From: a virus
Virus record (IMG/VR): IMGVR_UViG_3300008952_002784
Coordinates: 1 to 64,000 of that record
Length of the DNA stretch: 64,000 bases
Reading direction: 5' to 3' (one strand)
Part shown: positions 35,677 through 46,093 of the stretch, one piece after another
Layout: every line of letters starts with the position of its first letter
Numbering within the stretch: position 1 is the stretch's first letter
Made by a program: the position numbers and the translations under genes
The notes under the pieces: generated by a model
The model's database searches: none
What the model was told of the DNA's origin: nothing
What the model saw: only the letters and a program-made list of their open reading frames with translations

Positions 35677-37605
35677 ATGAGACATATACACATTAGAGAT
35701 AAATTATCTGAATTGAACATAAACCTTGAAGACTTAGCTTTGGGTGACTTCGACTACATAGGAGAATTTACAGCAAAAAAGCAAAGAGAAGCTAGTCATC
35801 CTTACTTCAAAACCCATGGGTGTTTCTTCAGGCCAAACTATGAAAGAGGTATCTTGATATATTCTCTAATAAGAAAATATAACTTGACATCTATGCTTGA
35901 GATCGGCTTCGGTCGTGGGTATGGAACTATGTGTGCTGCTAAGGCATTTCATGATATGGGAATTGAGGGAAAAATTGTAACTATAGATCCAAATTTGGAC
36001 GAAGATTTTGTTAGAAATCTTACACAAGTGTTTCCCAAATCATGGTTTTCAATGATTCAGTTCGCAAAAGGAACATCAAACAATGTTCTGCCTCAAGTAA
36101 AAGAAAATTTCGACATGATATACATTGACGGAGATCATACATACGAGGGTGTAAAATCTGACTGGAATAACTGTAAAGACAAGTTCAATAAATTTTTACT
36201 ATTTGATGATTATCATTTGCCAACCAAGAACGACCCGGGTATACAATGTGCTAAGGCAATTGATGAAATAGATGCACCTAAAGATCTAATCATCATGGAT
36301 AGAAGAATATTTCATGATGATTTGTGCCGCGAAGATAAAGAGGTTGACTACGGACAAGTTCTTATTGAACGAGAGGGTGATGCATTACACAGCATGCCAA
36401 AAAACCAGTCACCCTTTTCTGAAGTCTGGAGCCCGGAAGATAATGTTCCAGAAGCAGATAGTGAATTGATGTCCTATAGAAATGAGTGGATGGATGAAGA
36501 CGAAGATGTCGACGCAATATTTCCAAGTAGCATTACTATGGGTGCATTAGAATCATCTCTAGTGAATAGAGAAAAATCATGGCCAAAAAGAGGTGAATCA
36601 TACATCAAGCTAATGAATTCACTATCTGATTTTTCTGCAGATTTAGTTAGCAAGTCTGATTCTAGCAATATTGATGTCGACAAAATAACTAGTTTGTCTA
36701 GCAACATGGACGATCCTGTGTTTATATTTGGAAACATGAAGGCCGGTACTTCATTATTGTTGTGTCTCTTAGATGGTCACAATAGCTTACTAGCACTCCC
36801 AGTTGATTCTCATCTGATGAAGCATCACTCACCTGAGGCAACAGTGCCATCCAGGACAATGATCAACGAGGCAAGATCACGCTGGCTGGGGAAACTTATA
36901 AGCCCTACGGGTTACAGCCCATACCTACTATTGGGGAAAGATAGAGGTGCATATCAGAAGTTCACTGATGCTTACGAATGGGCTTCTATGAACCTGCTAG
37001 ACGAAGCTCCATTCTCATTATTCAAGGTAGCCGCGTCAGCGTTCGCATTATCATATCCACATAAGCTCAATAAAGATTTTCGTGTTGTAGAAAAAACACC
37101 AGAAAATGAAAGATTCTTTTCGCAGATAAGTAAAAACTTTACTAATGCATCTTATGTACACGTGCTTAGAAACCCTATTGACAATGTTGCTAGTATGAAA
37201 AAATTGTGTGAATCTCGAGACGAATCATTCAACTTGAGGCATGTTGCACATTCTATCAACACTGGCTTAGAATTAGCTATAGACAATTCTGCATCTTCAG
37301 AACAGTATAAGCTGGTGAAATATGAAGATTTAGTTGAAAACACAGAAGATGTTATGCGTGAAGTTTCTAAGCACGTTGGAATAAGTTATACAAAATCACT
37401 TTTAAAACCAACTTCACTCAAATTGTCAAATAAGTCAAATTCAATGTTCGATTCTAGAAGAGTTACTGGCGAAATATGTGTTGAAGAAAAAGAAGAAAGG
37501 CAGAATAGAATAAATAGCACACTCACAGACAGTGAAATATCTGAAGTCATCAGAATCTGTGGTGAGAATGCTAAGAAGCTAGGCTACACTTTAGATTCTG
37601 CATGA
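35677..37605 (+). CDS. Class I SAM methyltransferase (Methyltransf_24-like) fused to a sulfotransferase
   Basis: LEIGFGRG...IYIDGDHTYEGV; then PVFIFGNMKAGTSLL (5'-PSB), EKTP, VLRNPIDNVAS (3'-PB) and KYEDLV. Confidence 0.85.
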   Translation: MRHIHIRDKLSELNINLEDLALGDFDYIGEFTAKKQREASHPYFKTHGCFFRPNYERGILIYSLIRKYNLTSMLEIGFGRGYGTMCAAKAFHDMGIEGKIVTIDPNLDEDFVRNLTQVFPKSWFSMIQFAKGTSNNVLPQVKENFDMIYIDGDHTYEGVKSDWNNCKDKFNKFLLFDDYHLPTKNDPGIQCAKAIDEIDAPKDLIIMDRRIFHDDLCREDKEVDYGQVLIEREGDALHSMPKNQSPFSEVWSPEDNVPEADSELMSYRNEWMDEDEDVDAIFPSSITMGALESSLVNREKSWPKRGESYIKLMNSLSDFSADLVSKSDSSNIDVDKITSLSSNMDDPVFIFGNMKAGTSLLLCLLDGHNSLLALPVDSHLMKHHSPEATVPSRTMINEARSRWLGKLISPTGYSPYLLLGKDRGAYQKFTDAYEWASMNLLDEAPFSLFKVAASAFALSYPHKLNKDFRVVEKTPENERFFSQISKNFTNASYVHVLRNPIDNVASMKKLCESRDESFNLRHVAHSINTGLELAIDNSASSEQYKLVKYEDLVENTEDVMREVSKHVGISYTKSLLKPTSLKLSNKSNSMFDSRRVTGEICVEEKEERQNRINSTLTDSEISEVIRICGENAKKLGYTLDSA

Positions 37606-38618
37606 AGATAATTGCTATAACACCAGACAATAAGATGGATGCAGTTGTCCCAATTGTTATCGAAGGTCTGTATGATTTGGGTGTAGAAGTAATTGCAACA
37701 GACTATGGTAACAGTGTAAGAAGAGTGTATGCAGACGAAGATGTGATTGAGCATTCTAAAACAGCAGACTTTATTTTTGTGTTGTGGGGTAAGATAAGAG
37801 ACAACAATCCTCCCAAATACTATCTTTTAAACAAAATAAACAGGCCGGAGATCACTGCTTACATTGACGGAAGTGAATGGACAGCAACAGGGTACCCTGA
37901 TGACAAAGAAAGAGTATCAGCACCATGGGCAAAAAATGGAACTATTGCTAAGCAAGTCTATGAATCAAAATTTAATCCCAGCAGGTGTAAGGGCACTCCA
38001 TGGATTAATGATGTTATGTATGATTATTGTCGTTGGTACTTCAAGAGAGAATGTTATCAATCAGATGCTGATATAGGAATAATACCTTTCAACATAGGCT
38101 GCAAGATGTCTTATTTGTCTGATGACTTTTGTGATAAGTCAGTTGACGTAGTATGCTCATTTGGGCATCTCCACACAGGACTTCGCTGGGAAGTATATCA
38201 TTTTTGCAAAAGACTGGAGAAAGAAGGTTACACTGTCGACTTTGTAAGTAACGTTTCGTATAGCGAATACAGAAAACGTCTATCAAGAGCATATATTGGA
38301 GTCGACGCTTGGGGTGCTGGAAATAGCTCAATGAGAACGTGGGAAATTATGGGAAACAAAACATGCTGCTTTACACAAAGCGCAGAGATACTATTTCCTA
38401 ACAAGCCAACAGACAACGTGCATTGGATAGAGTACTCAAATATGAAAGAATTTGAGTTAAAAATATATGATATGCTTAATAATAAACAAAAATGTAAAGA
38501 TATCGGTATTGCCGGTTATGATTACACAGTCAAGTATCACACAGGAAAGCCACGTGTAAGATATATGCTAGACATCATGAGGAAGGATATAGATGAAGAT
38601 ACACACAGACTTAAGTGA
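37602..38618 (+). CDS. Glycosyltransferase-like protein (GT-B, CgeB-like C-terminus)
   Basis: YFKRE, GAGNSSMRTWEIMG and IGIAGYDYTVKYHT. Confidence 0.7.
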   Translation: MKIIAITPDNKMDAVVPIVIEGLYDLGVEVIATDYGNSVRRVYADEDVIEHSKTADFIFVLWGKIRDNNPPKYYLLNKINRPEITAYIDGSEWTATGYPDDKERVSAPWAKNGTIAKQVYESKFNPSRCKGTPWINDVMYDYCRWYFKRECYQSDADIGIIPFNIGCKMSYLSDDFCDKSVDVVCSFGHLHTGLRWEVYHFCKRLEKEGYTVDFVSNVSYSEYRKRLSRAYIGVDAWGAGNSSMRTWEIMGNKTCCFTQSAEILFPNKPTDNVHWIEYSNMKEFELKIYDMLNNKQKCKDIGIAGYDYTVKYHTGKPRVRYMLDIMRKDIDEDTHRLK

Positions 38619-39354
38619 TTTAGCCCTTCTAACTTATACACATACAGCATGCAAAGATATATGGCCAATCTATTTTGGGCAAGTAAAAAAATATCTACCG
38701 GGTGATATATCCAGTTACGTATTGTCAAATGATACAGGTCCGGACTACACTAAAGATAATACATTCTTGATATATGATGAATCTGATCCGTACTATATTC
38801 AGTATACATCTGGGCTAAAGAAAATAGACCAAAAATATATACTGTATGCACAAGAAGATTTTATATTGTATGATTCACCAAACGTTGATCGCTTAAAGCG
38901 ATATATTAATTTTCTAGAAAACTCAGATTTTTCCTTCATAAGACTTATACGCTCCGGTTTTACTGATATTGACTTTGGTCTTCACAAAATCGAAGATGAC
39001 CTATATGATGCAAATACTCTAAACCCAAAATCTTTCCCTTTCCAAATGCAGGCAACAATATGGAAGAAGAGTGATATGATGTCATTGTACAGAACAGCTA
39101 AATCTCCTCTTCACTTAGAACCAGCTGCAGATTGGCCTGGGTGTATGAGATCACTAGGGATAAAAGGCGCATATTGTTACAATAATGAGCCCAAGCAAGG
39201 AAAATATCACTGGGGCACTTCAACATACCCACATATCGTTTCAGCTGTACAACGTGGAAAGTGGAATACTTTCCAGCACAATGGGATAATTTTAGACATC
39301 TTGTCAGAATACAATGTTGATCCAAACATACGTGGTACTAGAACTCAGTACTAA
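38593..39354 (+). CDS. Putative GT-A fold glycosyltransferase-like protein
   Basis: YILYAQEDF, QATIWKK and AVQRGKW; glycan-cluster context. Confidence 0.55.
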   Translation: MKIHTDLSDLALLTYTHTACKDIWPIYFGQVKKYLPGDISSYVLSNDTGPDYTKDNTFLIYDESDPYYIQYTSGLKKIDQKYILYAQEDFILYDSPNVDRLKRYINFLENSDFSFIRLIRSGFTDIDFGLHKIEDDLYDANTLNPKSFPFQMQATIWKKSDMMSLYRTAKSPLHLEPAADWPGCMRSLGIKGAYCYNNEPKQGKYHWGTSTYPHIVSAVQRGKWNTFQHNGIILDILSEYNVDPNIRGTRTQY

Positions 39355-39365
39355 AAGGATATACT

Positions 39366-40160
39366 ATGAAAATTGTAAGCTTAGTTTTCAATTATGATTT
39401 AGACAAACAGAGAGATAGCGGTCGCTTGTGGGGGAAGCAAGGATATAGAAACAAAGATTATATTTTTGAGTACTCTGCAGCATCTATTTCTACATTTTTG
39501 CATCACAATCCAAGTAGACATTATGTTGTCAATACAGATGATGTAGATTTATTGAATAACAAGATATCACAATATAATGTTCCCACATCAAATCTTGAAT
39601 TGGTCGATTCTAGTGATCGATTAGAAGAGTGGAAGAAGCATAAGTACTGTTTCAATCCTGCAATGATGCACTTTAAAGAGCATTTAGTCCCCGGGGAGAA
39701 GATTATAAAACTAGACAATGACCTAACATGTCTTAAGCCGATTGATGAAGTTGCTGACTTTGAAGGTGCATTGATTTGGGAGACTGAGTTTCCTATTGCA
39801 AATGGTCGAGAATATTGGGGAGAAAGACACGTAGCTAGAGCAGTTGTTGGCACAGAAGACTTCAACTCGTATAATATTGGTGTCTTTGGCTTAAGCCCAA
39901 ATTACCTTCCACTAGTTGATAAAATGATAGACATTGCATATAAAATGCTAGATGTTGACATCAGCAATATTGTTTACTTCAAAGAAGATCCTGAGTTTAA
40001 ATCTAAGATGTGGTCATGCTCTGAACAAACAGCTTACAGTTACGTGTTAGATGCGGAAAAAGTTCCAATCCGTGAAATGAATGATTTTTTCAAGCATCAC
40101 TGCTACGGATTTGAAGCAAAAGATAATTGTATATCAGAAGCAGCTTGGCTAAGAAAGTAA
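39366..40160 (+). CDS. Putative GT-A fold (GT8-like) protein
   Basis: KLDND (DxD), YNIGVFG and SEQ...HH pattern. Confidence 0.5.
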   Translation: MKIVSLVFNYDLDKQRDSGRLWGKQGYRNKDYIFEYSAASISTFLHHNPSRHYVVNTDDVDLLNNKISQYNVPTSNLELVDSSDRLEEWKKHKYCFNPAMMHFKEHLVPGEKIIKLDNDLTCLKPIDEVADFEGALIWETEFPIANGREYWGERHVARAVVGTEDFNSYNIGVFGLSPNYLPLVDKMIDIAYKMLDVDISNIVYFKEDPEFKSKMWSCSEQTAYSYVLDAEKVPIREMNDFFKHHCYGFEAKDNCISEAAWLRK

Positions 40161-40170
40161 GGAGAATAAT

Positions 40171-40884
40171 ATGAATATTAATGAAAAATCTCACGGTTTT
40201 AAAACAAGAACCGTCAACTCAGGCCCAAAGTGGAGGTTACCATGGCCCCCAAAATACCCTGAGTATTATAACAAGACATGCTTTTATCTAGACGCGTTAT
40301 ACGAAACACTCATTCAGATGAATCCCAAGTATTGTTTAGAGATAGGCACACATAAGGGTGATATGTCAACAGCTATATTTCAAAAGTATTTTGATAATCA
40401 CCGCCCTGACGGATTACTCATAACTCTAGACATTAACCCATGCAATGATCTAGATCTTAAGAATGTTGAGCAAGTTATTGTATACCCACATCATAACAGA
40501 ATATATGAGACATGCGGCGCAAACGGATCATGGTTTTCAGAAACTGACTTACCAGATGATTTTAAGACCGCATCTGCTTCATCTGTTCAAACAAACACTG
40601 ACATCGTACGATTAGCAATGGATAAGCACAATATATCTGGTTTTGACTTAGCATTTATAGATGGCGATCACGAAAGAGAATCATTCCTCCGTGACATAGA
40701 AATGTGTATGTCTATAACATCTGATCCTCACTATGTTTTAATTGATGACACTAAAGAAGAATATCACCCATGCTGTCACATATATCAAGAAGAAATAAAG
40801 CCTTCTAGTGAATATGAAACTTATGATTTTGATAATTGGGATAGATTTGTAGGCTGTTCACTAGTATGGAAAAGTAAGGTATAA
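40171..40884 (+). CDS. Class I SAM methyltransferase (Methyltransf_24-like)
   Basis: CLEIGTHKG, FDLAFIDGDH and LIDDT. Confidence 0.82.
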   Translation: MNINEKSHGFKTRTVNSGPKWRLPWPPKYPEYYNKTCFYLDALYETLIQMNPKYCLEIGTHKGDMSTAIFQKYFDNHRPDGLLITLDINPCNDLDLKNVEQVIVYPHHNRIYETCGANGSWFSETDLPDDFKTASASSVQTNTDIVRLAMDKHNISGFDLAFIDGDHERESFLRDIEMCMSITSDPHYVLIDDTKEEYHPCCHIYQEEIKPSSEYETYDFDNWDRFVGCSLVWKSKV

Positions 40885-40888
40885 CAAA

Positions 40889-41320
40889 ATGATTCAAATT
40901 CATTCTAAGCTGAATCCAAGCAAAGTACTTCATATAATACATAAAAGATATGAATTTGAAGGCGAAGTGTCTAGAAACGACATTGTCGACGGAGATCAGT
41001 ATATACAGCTTTCCACATTGAGTATGAACAAAGGGAAGACATTTCGTCCACACAGGCACATATGGAAACAAGGCCCTGAGACATGCATTGCACAAGAGTC
41101 ATGGGTAATAATCTCTGGAAAAGTTAGGGTGTATCTTTATGATACAGACGACTCTCTTCTCTACAAGGCAGACTTATCCCATGGCGATGCTAGTATTACT
41201 CTAGAGGGCGGTCATACATACGAAATATTGGAGGATAATACATACGTGTATGAGTATAAAACTGGACCGTATCAAGGACAAGAGCTAGATAAGGTTTTCA
41301 TCGATGACACAAGAGACTAA
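40889..41320 (+). CDS. WbuC-like cupin (sugar isomerase/epimerase?)
   Basis: PHRH, QESW, GGHTY and EYKTGPY...DK. Confidence 0.75.
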   Translation: MIQIHSKLNPSKVLHIIHKRYEFEGEVSRNDIVDGDQYIQLSTLSMNKGKTFRPHRHIWKQGPETCIAQESWVIISGKVRVYLYDTDDSLLYKADLSHGDASITLEGGHTYEILEDNTYVYEYKTGPYQGQELDKVFIDDTRD

Positions 41321-41915
41321 AATATATATTGCTTCAAATAGAAGCATAGGGAAGAAGTGTCTAGAGTTTGCTCGCGAGTCATGCCCCAAGGGTTATGCAA
41401 TGACAGATTCTATAGAAGAGTCAGACATTGTCTTTTCTGTAGTATATGACAAGATATTTACCGAGTCATTTCTAGTCAACAGAAGATGTTATAATTTTCA
41501 CTATGGAATATTACCAGATTACGGTGGAGTAGGGTCAGCTACATGGGTTATTATAAACGGTGAAAAAGAACACGGTGTCACACTGCATGAAATAACACCC
41601 GGGCTTGATCAAGGCCCAATTATCTTTCTAGAGAAGTTTGATGTAGGTGACAATGATACTGCACTTTTTCTTTACGAAAAGTGCGAAAATATTTTATATC
41701 AAATGTTCAAGAAGTACTTTGTCAAAATTGTAACAAACGATTATACTTCGCAGCCACAATCTAAAAAGCCTACAATTTATAGACGGCGCAAATTAGACAA
41801 AGCAAAAGACATAACAACATTAATGAGGGCTTTTTATTTCCCTGGGAAAGAAAGCGTATACTTTTATAACAAGACAGGCAACAAGATAAGCATTAGCTAT
41901 GATGATAAGGAGTAA
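41304..41915 (+). CDS. Sugar N-formyltransferase (Fmt-like)
   Basis: YNFHYGILPDYGG and GVTLHEITPGLDQGPI. Confidence 0.85.
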   Translation: MTQETKIYIASNRSIGKKCLEFARESCPKGYAMTDSIEESDIVFSVVYDKIFTESFLVNRRCYNFHYGILPDYGGVGSATWVIINGEKEHGVTLHEITPGLDQGPIIFLEKFDVGDNDTALFLYEKCENILYQMFKKYFVKIVTNDYTSQPQSKKPTIYRRRKLDKAKDITTLMRAFYFPGKESVYFYNKTGNKISISYDDKE

Positions 41916-41917
41916 TA

Positions 41918-43033
41918 ATGGCAAATCCAAAAGAGTGGTCTAATGACTATAACGGATTTAATGACTGGAAAATACTACTTCACAAGGACAAACTAGAAGG
42001 TTGTGCTACTGGCGATCTTTTAGCACCAATTGCTGTTGATACTGATCCAAGCAATATATGTCAACAGAGGTGTATATATTGTAACGCATATGACTATAGA
42101 GACAAGTCGGGATTTGAAAACATGCCGCCAGGTCACCTACTTAAGTTAGCAGATTTTTATGCAGATTGGGGTGTAAAAAGTACATGTATCGCCGGCGGCG
42201 GCGAGCCGTTAGTTAATAAAGATACTCTGCAAATGATTCCAAGACTTCATAAGCATAATATAGAGGTCGGAATGATTACAAATGGAGCTCTATTAGATGA
42301 AAGATATGCTGAAGAGCTTACTAACGGTGCTAGATTTTGTGGCATTAGTATTGACGGCACCAACGAAGAGACATACAAGAGAATGCGAGGGCAAAACCAC
42401 TACAAGCAAGTTGTGAAAAATGTCACTCACTTGAATGAGACTAAATATAGAAAAGGCAGTAAGCTAGATACTAACTTAAAATTTCTAATTCATCCATTCA
42501 ATTATGAAGAAACTTATAAGATAGCCAAGTTAGCAAAAGATACGGGTTGCGACGGCGTGCACATCCGTCCTGCAGGCTTAGAAAATATCCCGGGAGTGGT
42601 AGACTATCTCAAACCAGAAAACAACCCGGGCTTTGACATCGATGAATACATGAAAATAACACTGGAACACATTGAAAAAGCATATGAACTAGAAGATGAA
42701 AATTTCAAAGTGTATGCTGTAAGACACAAGTTTGGCAAAAACTTCAAAAGAGTAGTCAAATTTGACTCATGCAAGGCCACACCGCTCTCGGGTGTCTTTG
42801 GTGCAGACGGTTGGTTCCACATATGCTTTAGCATGCGCGGAAGAAAAGGCTTTAGATTAGCACGTCATTATCCCGACCCATGGGAAATAATGAGAGTGTG
42901 GGGATCAGAAGATCATATGAAGCTGATAAATGATATTCAGCCTGATAAGTGTATGCGATGTGCATTTACGCGATATAATGAAGTAATTGAGAACGTAATT
43001 GAAAAAGACAAAATATTTGGAAACTTTATTTGA
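41918..43033 (+). CDS. Radical SAM enzyme with SPASM/twitch-like C-terminus
   Basis: CQQRCIYC, GGGEP, ITNG and ISIDG; extra C-terminal Cys. Confidence 0.9.
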   Translation: MANPKEWSNDYNGFNDWKILLHKDKLEGCATGDLLAPIAVDTDPSNICQQRCIYCNAYDYRDKSGFENMPPGHLLKLADFYADWGVKSTCIAGGGEPLVNKDTLQMIPRLHKHNIEVGMITNGALLDERYAEELTNGARFCGISIDGTNEETYKRMRGQNHYKQVVKNVTHLNETKYRKGSKLDTNLKFLIHPFNYEETYKIAKLAKDTGCDGVHIRPAGLENIPGVVDYLKPENNPGFDIDEYMKITLEHIEKAYELEDENFKVYAVRHKFGKNFKRVVKFDSCKATPLSGVFGADGWFHICFSMRGRKGFRLARHYPDPWEIMRVWGSEDHMKLINDIQPDKCMRCAFTRYNEVIENVIEKDKIFGNFI

Positions 43034-43042
43034 GGGTATGTT

Positions 43043-43762
43043 ATGAAAGAAAAAACGCAATACAATGTTTGGCCTGTAGGAAAGCTACCCAAAGAGTGGC
43101 AGCGAACAGAATTAGATGATCTTAGTGCAGCTGGATATCACTTAGACGATCCACGAGATGCTGTTGATATATTTGAAAAAAAGCTGGCAGAATTTGCTGG
43201 TAGCAAGTATGCAGTAACAGTTGACTGTTGTTCAAATGGATTGTTCTTAGCATTGAAGTATTATAATGCCAAGGGTGTGATCACAATACCCTCACGAACA
43301 TATGTTTCAACACCGATGCAAATTTTGCATGCTGGTTGTCAAGTTCAATTCGAAGATTACGAATGGTCAGGTGTATACCATCTATCACCATATCCTATAG
43401 TCGATGGTGCAGTTAGATTTACAAAAGACATGTACGTTCCCGGTACATTGCACGTAGTATCATTTCAAATTAAAAAACGACTGCCTATAGGCCGCGGCGG
43501 CGTAATATTGACAGATAATGAAGAAGAGTACAGATGGCTCAAGAAAGCGTCATATGACGGTAGAGATCTTACAAAAGCTTATATGGACGATGAATTTGAA
43601 ATGATAGGGTATCATATGTATATGACACCCGAAGATGCTGCGAGAGGGATATTGATAATGGATCAACTGCCTCTTGAGAATGAAGATACTGGGTGTTCGA
43701 AAAATTACTCTAACTTATCAACTAAAAAAGTATTTATGAACCATGATAACGTGCGAAATTAA
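43043..43762 (+). CDS. Short DegT/DnrJ-family PLP sugar aminotransferase
   Basis: FEKKLAEFAGSKYAVTVDCCSNGL and SFQIKKRLPIGRGG; only 239 aa. Confidence 0.82.
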   Translation: MKEKTQYNVWPVGKLPKEWQRTELDDLSAAGYHLDDPRDAVDIFEKKLAEFAGSKYAVTVDCCSNGLFLALKYYNAKGVITIPSRTYVSTPMQILHAGCQVQFEDYEWSGVYHLSPYPIVDGAVRFTKDMYVPGTLHVVSFQIKKRLPIGRGGVILTDNEEEYRWLKKASYDGRDLTKAYMDDEFEMIGYHMYMTPEDAARGILIMDQLPLENEDTGCSKNYSNLSTKKVFMNHDNVRN

Positions 43763-44543
43763 ACATGTCATAGTCGACTCTCCAAATACGACTACACAAA
43801 ATAGAGGCTTAGGGAACAGATTGTTCAAAGTTTGCGCAACTTTATCACATGCAATTGACTGTAATGATAGAGCAGTTTTCCCAGATTTGAAAGATGATGT
43901 TCATGCAGAAACTATATTTAGAAACTTAGATCTCGGTGAAGATAAATCATTCGTTGAGCATCGTCACAACTGGTTTAAGCCCGGCTTCTGTAAGATCCCA
44001 ATTGTGCAGAATCTAGAACTAGCCGGCGATTTTCAATCATACAAGTACTTTGAGCATAATCAAGATCAAGTCTTGAAAGTCTTGAAACCATCATACAGTA
44101 CTGTAACTTACCTTAGAGAAAAATATTCTATACTAACCAAGCTTCCAACTGTTAGCATACATGTTCGTCGAGGTGACTATGTCAACAATCAAGATTCATA
44201 TGTACCTACAACTATAGATTACGTGAAAAAATCTCGGGAAAGATTTAGTGATATGTACACATTTGTGTATTTTAGTGATGACATAGAATGGTGTAGAGAA
44301 AATATGACAATGTCAGATAGAGATGTGTTTATTGAAGGTGAGACAGATGTGATGGATATGTACCTTATGTCTATGATGCACCACAATATTATTTCAAATA
44401 GCACGTTTTCGTGGTGGGCTGCGTATCTCAATAATAATAAAACCAAAACCGTAATAGCACCCAAAACATGGTACGGTCAAAAAATGTCAGACTGGCACAT
44501 AGATGATCTAATTCCACCCCAGTGGACGATGATAGACAATTAA
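43743..44543 (+). CDS. GT11 alpha-1,2-fucosyl/colitosyltransferase
   Basis: GLGNRLF, FQSYKYF, SIHVRRGDY, FSDDIEWC and NSTFSWWAAYL. Confidence 0.92.
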   Translation: MITCEIKHVIVDSPNTTTQNRGLGNRLFKVCATLSHAIDCNDRAVFPDLKDDVHAETIFRNLDLGEDKSFVEHRHNWFKPGFCKIPIVQNLELAGDFQSYKYFEHNQDQVLKVLKPSYSTVTYLREKYSILTKLPTVSIHVRRGDYVNNQDSYVPTTIDYVKKSRERFSDMYTFVYFSDDIEWCRENMTMSDRDVFIEGETDVMDMYLMSMMHHNIISNSTFSWWAAYLNNNKTKTVIAPKTWYGQKMSDWHIDDLIPPQWTMIDN

Positions 44544-44600
44544 GGCGTAATCTTTGACAGTACTGCATATATTATAGTCTTTAAAGGAAAGTGAGGACAA

Positions 44601-45329
44601 ATGCGCTTAGTCAAAGATCAAAACGGAATAAAGTATTACAAGTATGATGATGTCAAATACCCGTTTGTGAAGATAGTTACAGATTTTTTCAATATTGAAA
44701 ATCTAGAGGATTTACACAATATAATTCCCAAAGATTCTATAAATCAGATAAAAAACGAATTATTCACAAATGAAAACGATGCTCATACTCTTTTACATAG
44801 TCTCTTTTACAAGAAGTTAAATGAGGGTTGGCCAGAGCTAGTTGATGCTTATCACCGCTTCATAAAAGATGTCATGACTGATATTATGGGAACAAATGAT
44901 TTAATTTATCAATCATTCCCATCATTCAGAATTCAATTTCCAGATAATATTGCAGTTGGAGGAAATCCAGGAGACACTAAAGAAGAGTACGGTTGGCATA
45001 AAGATTCTGACCCTGGGTATAATCACCCAATAGTTGAAAAAAACTTTATAATACCCCTTACTAGATCTCGTGATACAGCATCTGTATATATTGAGACAGA
45101 CCCGGGAACAAGAGAATATTATCCAGCTATTATGAATCCAGGCGAGATTTTTAATTTCAGGGGTTCAACATGCCGACACGGAAACAAAAAAAATGAATCT
45201 GGAAAGTGTCGTGTAAGTTTTGACTTTAGAGTGATCTTACCAGACGATTACGACGAAAATTATGTAAAAAATTCTAAGCTAAGTACAAAGAAATTTACTG
45301 TAGGGGAATATTATGAAAGAACAATCTAG
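44601..45329 (+). CDS. StrG-like putative 2OG-Fe(II) oxygenase
   Basis: YQSFPSFRIQFP, WHKDSD (HxD), HGN and RVSFDFRV. Confidence 0.72.
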   Translation: MRLVKDQNGIKYYKYDDVKYPFVKIVTDFFNIENLEDLHNIIPKDSINQIKNELFTNENDAHTLLHSLFYKKLNEGWPELVDAYHRFIKDVMTDIMGTNDLIYQSFPSFRIQFPDNIAVGGNPGDTKEEYGWHKDSDPGYNHPIVEKNFIIPLTRSRDTASVYIETDPGTREYYPAIMNPGEIFNFRGSTCRHGNKKNESGKCRVSFDFRVILPDDYDENYVKNSKLSTKKFTVGEYYERTI

Positions 45330-46077
45330 TATTCCAAAAATAACAATAATCACACCTACTCACTACCGCCCGGATTTGTTGAGGAGATGTATACAATCAG
45401 TGCAATTGCAGACTTTTAATGAATATGAGCACATAATCGTTGCAGATCATTGTCCGTATGCATTCAGTGTTTATAAAGAATTTGCATCTGACAAAAGAAT
45501 ACGTTTTATAAACAATGAGCAACCACATGTACCAAATGTAGGTTCTGTTGGAAAAAATATCGGTGTAAATAATGCGAAGTCTGACATTATCGCATATTGT
45601 GATGATGATAATGTTCTACTACCTAATCATACACAGGTAATATGGGAAACAATGAGCAAACATATATGTGATGTAATGTACACACAGTACTATCATGTTA
45701 CGATAGGTAAGGGTGATGGAATGATTGAGAAGATTGTCGATCGAGATATAGATGATTATTCTGGATATGACCATATTGGAAATACAGATAATCTTAACAT
45801 GGCACATACACTCGATGCTTTGACAAAGTATGGGTCGTGGAAAAGAGATTCACCAGGCAGCAGAGATGGGGAAGATACAGAATTGATGAAACGATTTGAA
45901 AAATCAGGAGCTGTTATAAGATACGTTGACATACCGACGTGTGTGTATTATGCCAGATCCGCATGTATTATTGATGATAGAGAGTACAAAAATAAACTTC
46001 AAAATCTTCCAATTAATGAATATTATGTATTTTGTCAATCGCATGAAAAAAATTCTAATCACATAAAATCGAATTGA
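45313..46077 (+). CDS. Glycosyltransferase family 2
   Basis: IITPTHYRP, EHIIVAD, IAYCDDDN and GED. Confidence 0.87.
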   Translation: MKEQSSIPKITIITPTHYRPDLLRRCIQSVQLQTFNEYEHIIVADHCPYAFSVYKEFASDKRIRFINNEQPHVPNVGSVGKNIGVNNAKSDIIAYCDDDNVLLPNHTQVIWETMSKHICDVMYTQYYHVTIGKGDGMIEKIVDRDIDDYSGYDHIGNTDNLNMAHTLDALTKYGSWKRDSPGSRDGEDTELMKRFEKSGAVIRYVDIPTCVYYARSACIIDDREYKNKLQNLPINEYYVFCQSHEKNSNHIKSN

Positions 46078-46093
46078 CAAAGGTAATAAAAAT

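Noticed and set aside
44553-44580. Sigma-70 promoter at TTGACA upstream of the StrG-like gene
   Set aside because: The nearest -10-like hexamers are 13-15 nt away, so the spacing fits neither the canonical nor the recurring motif
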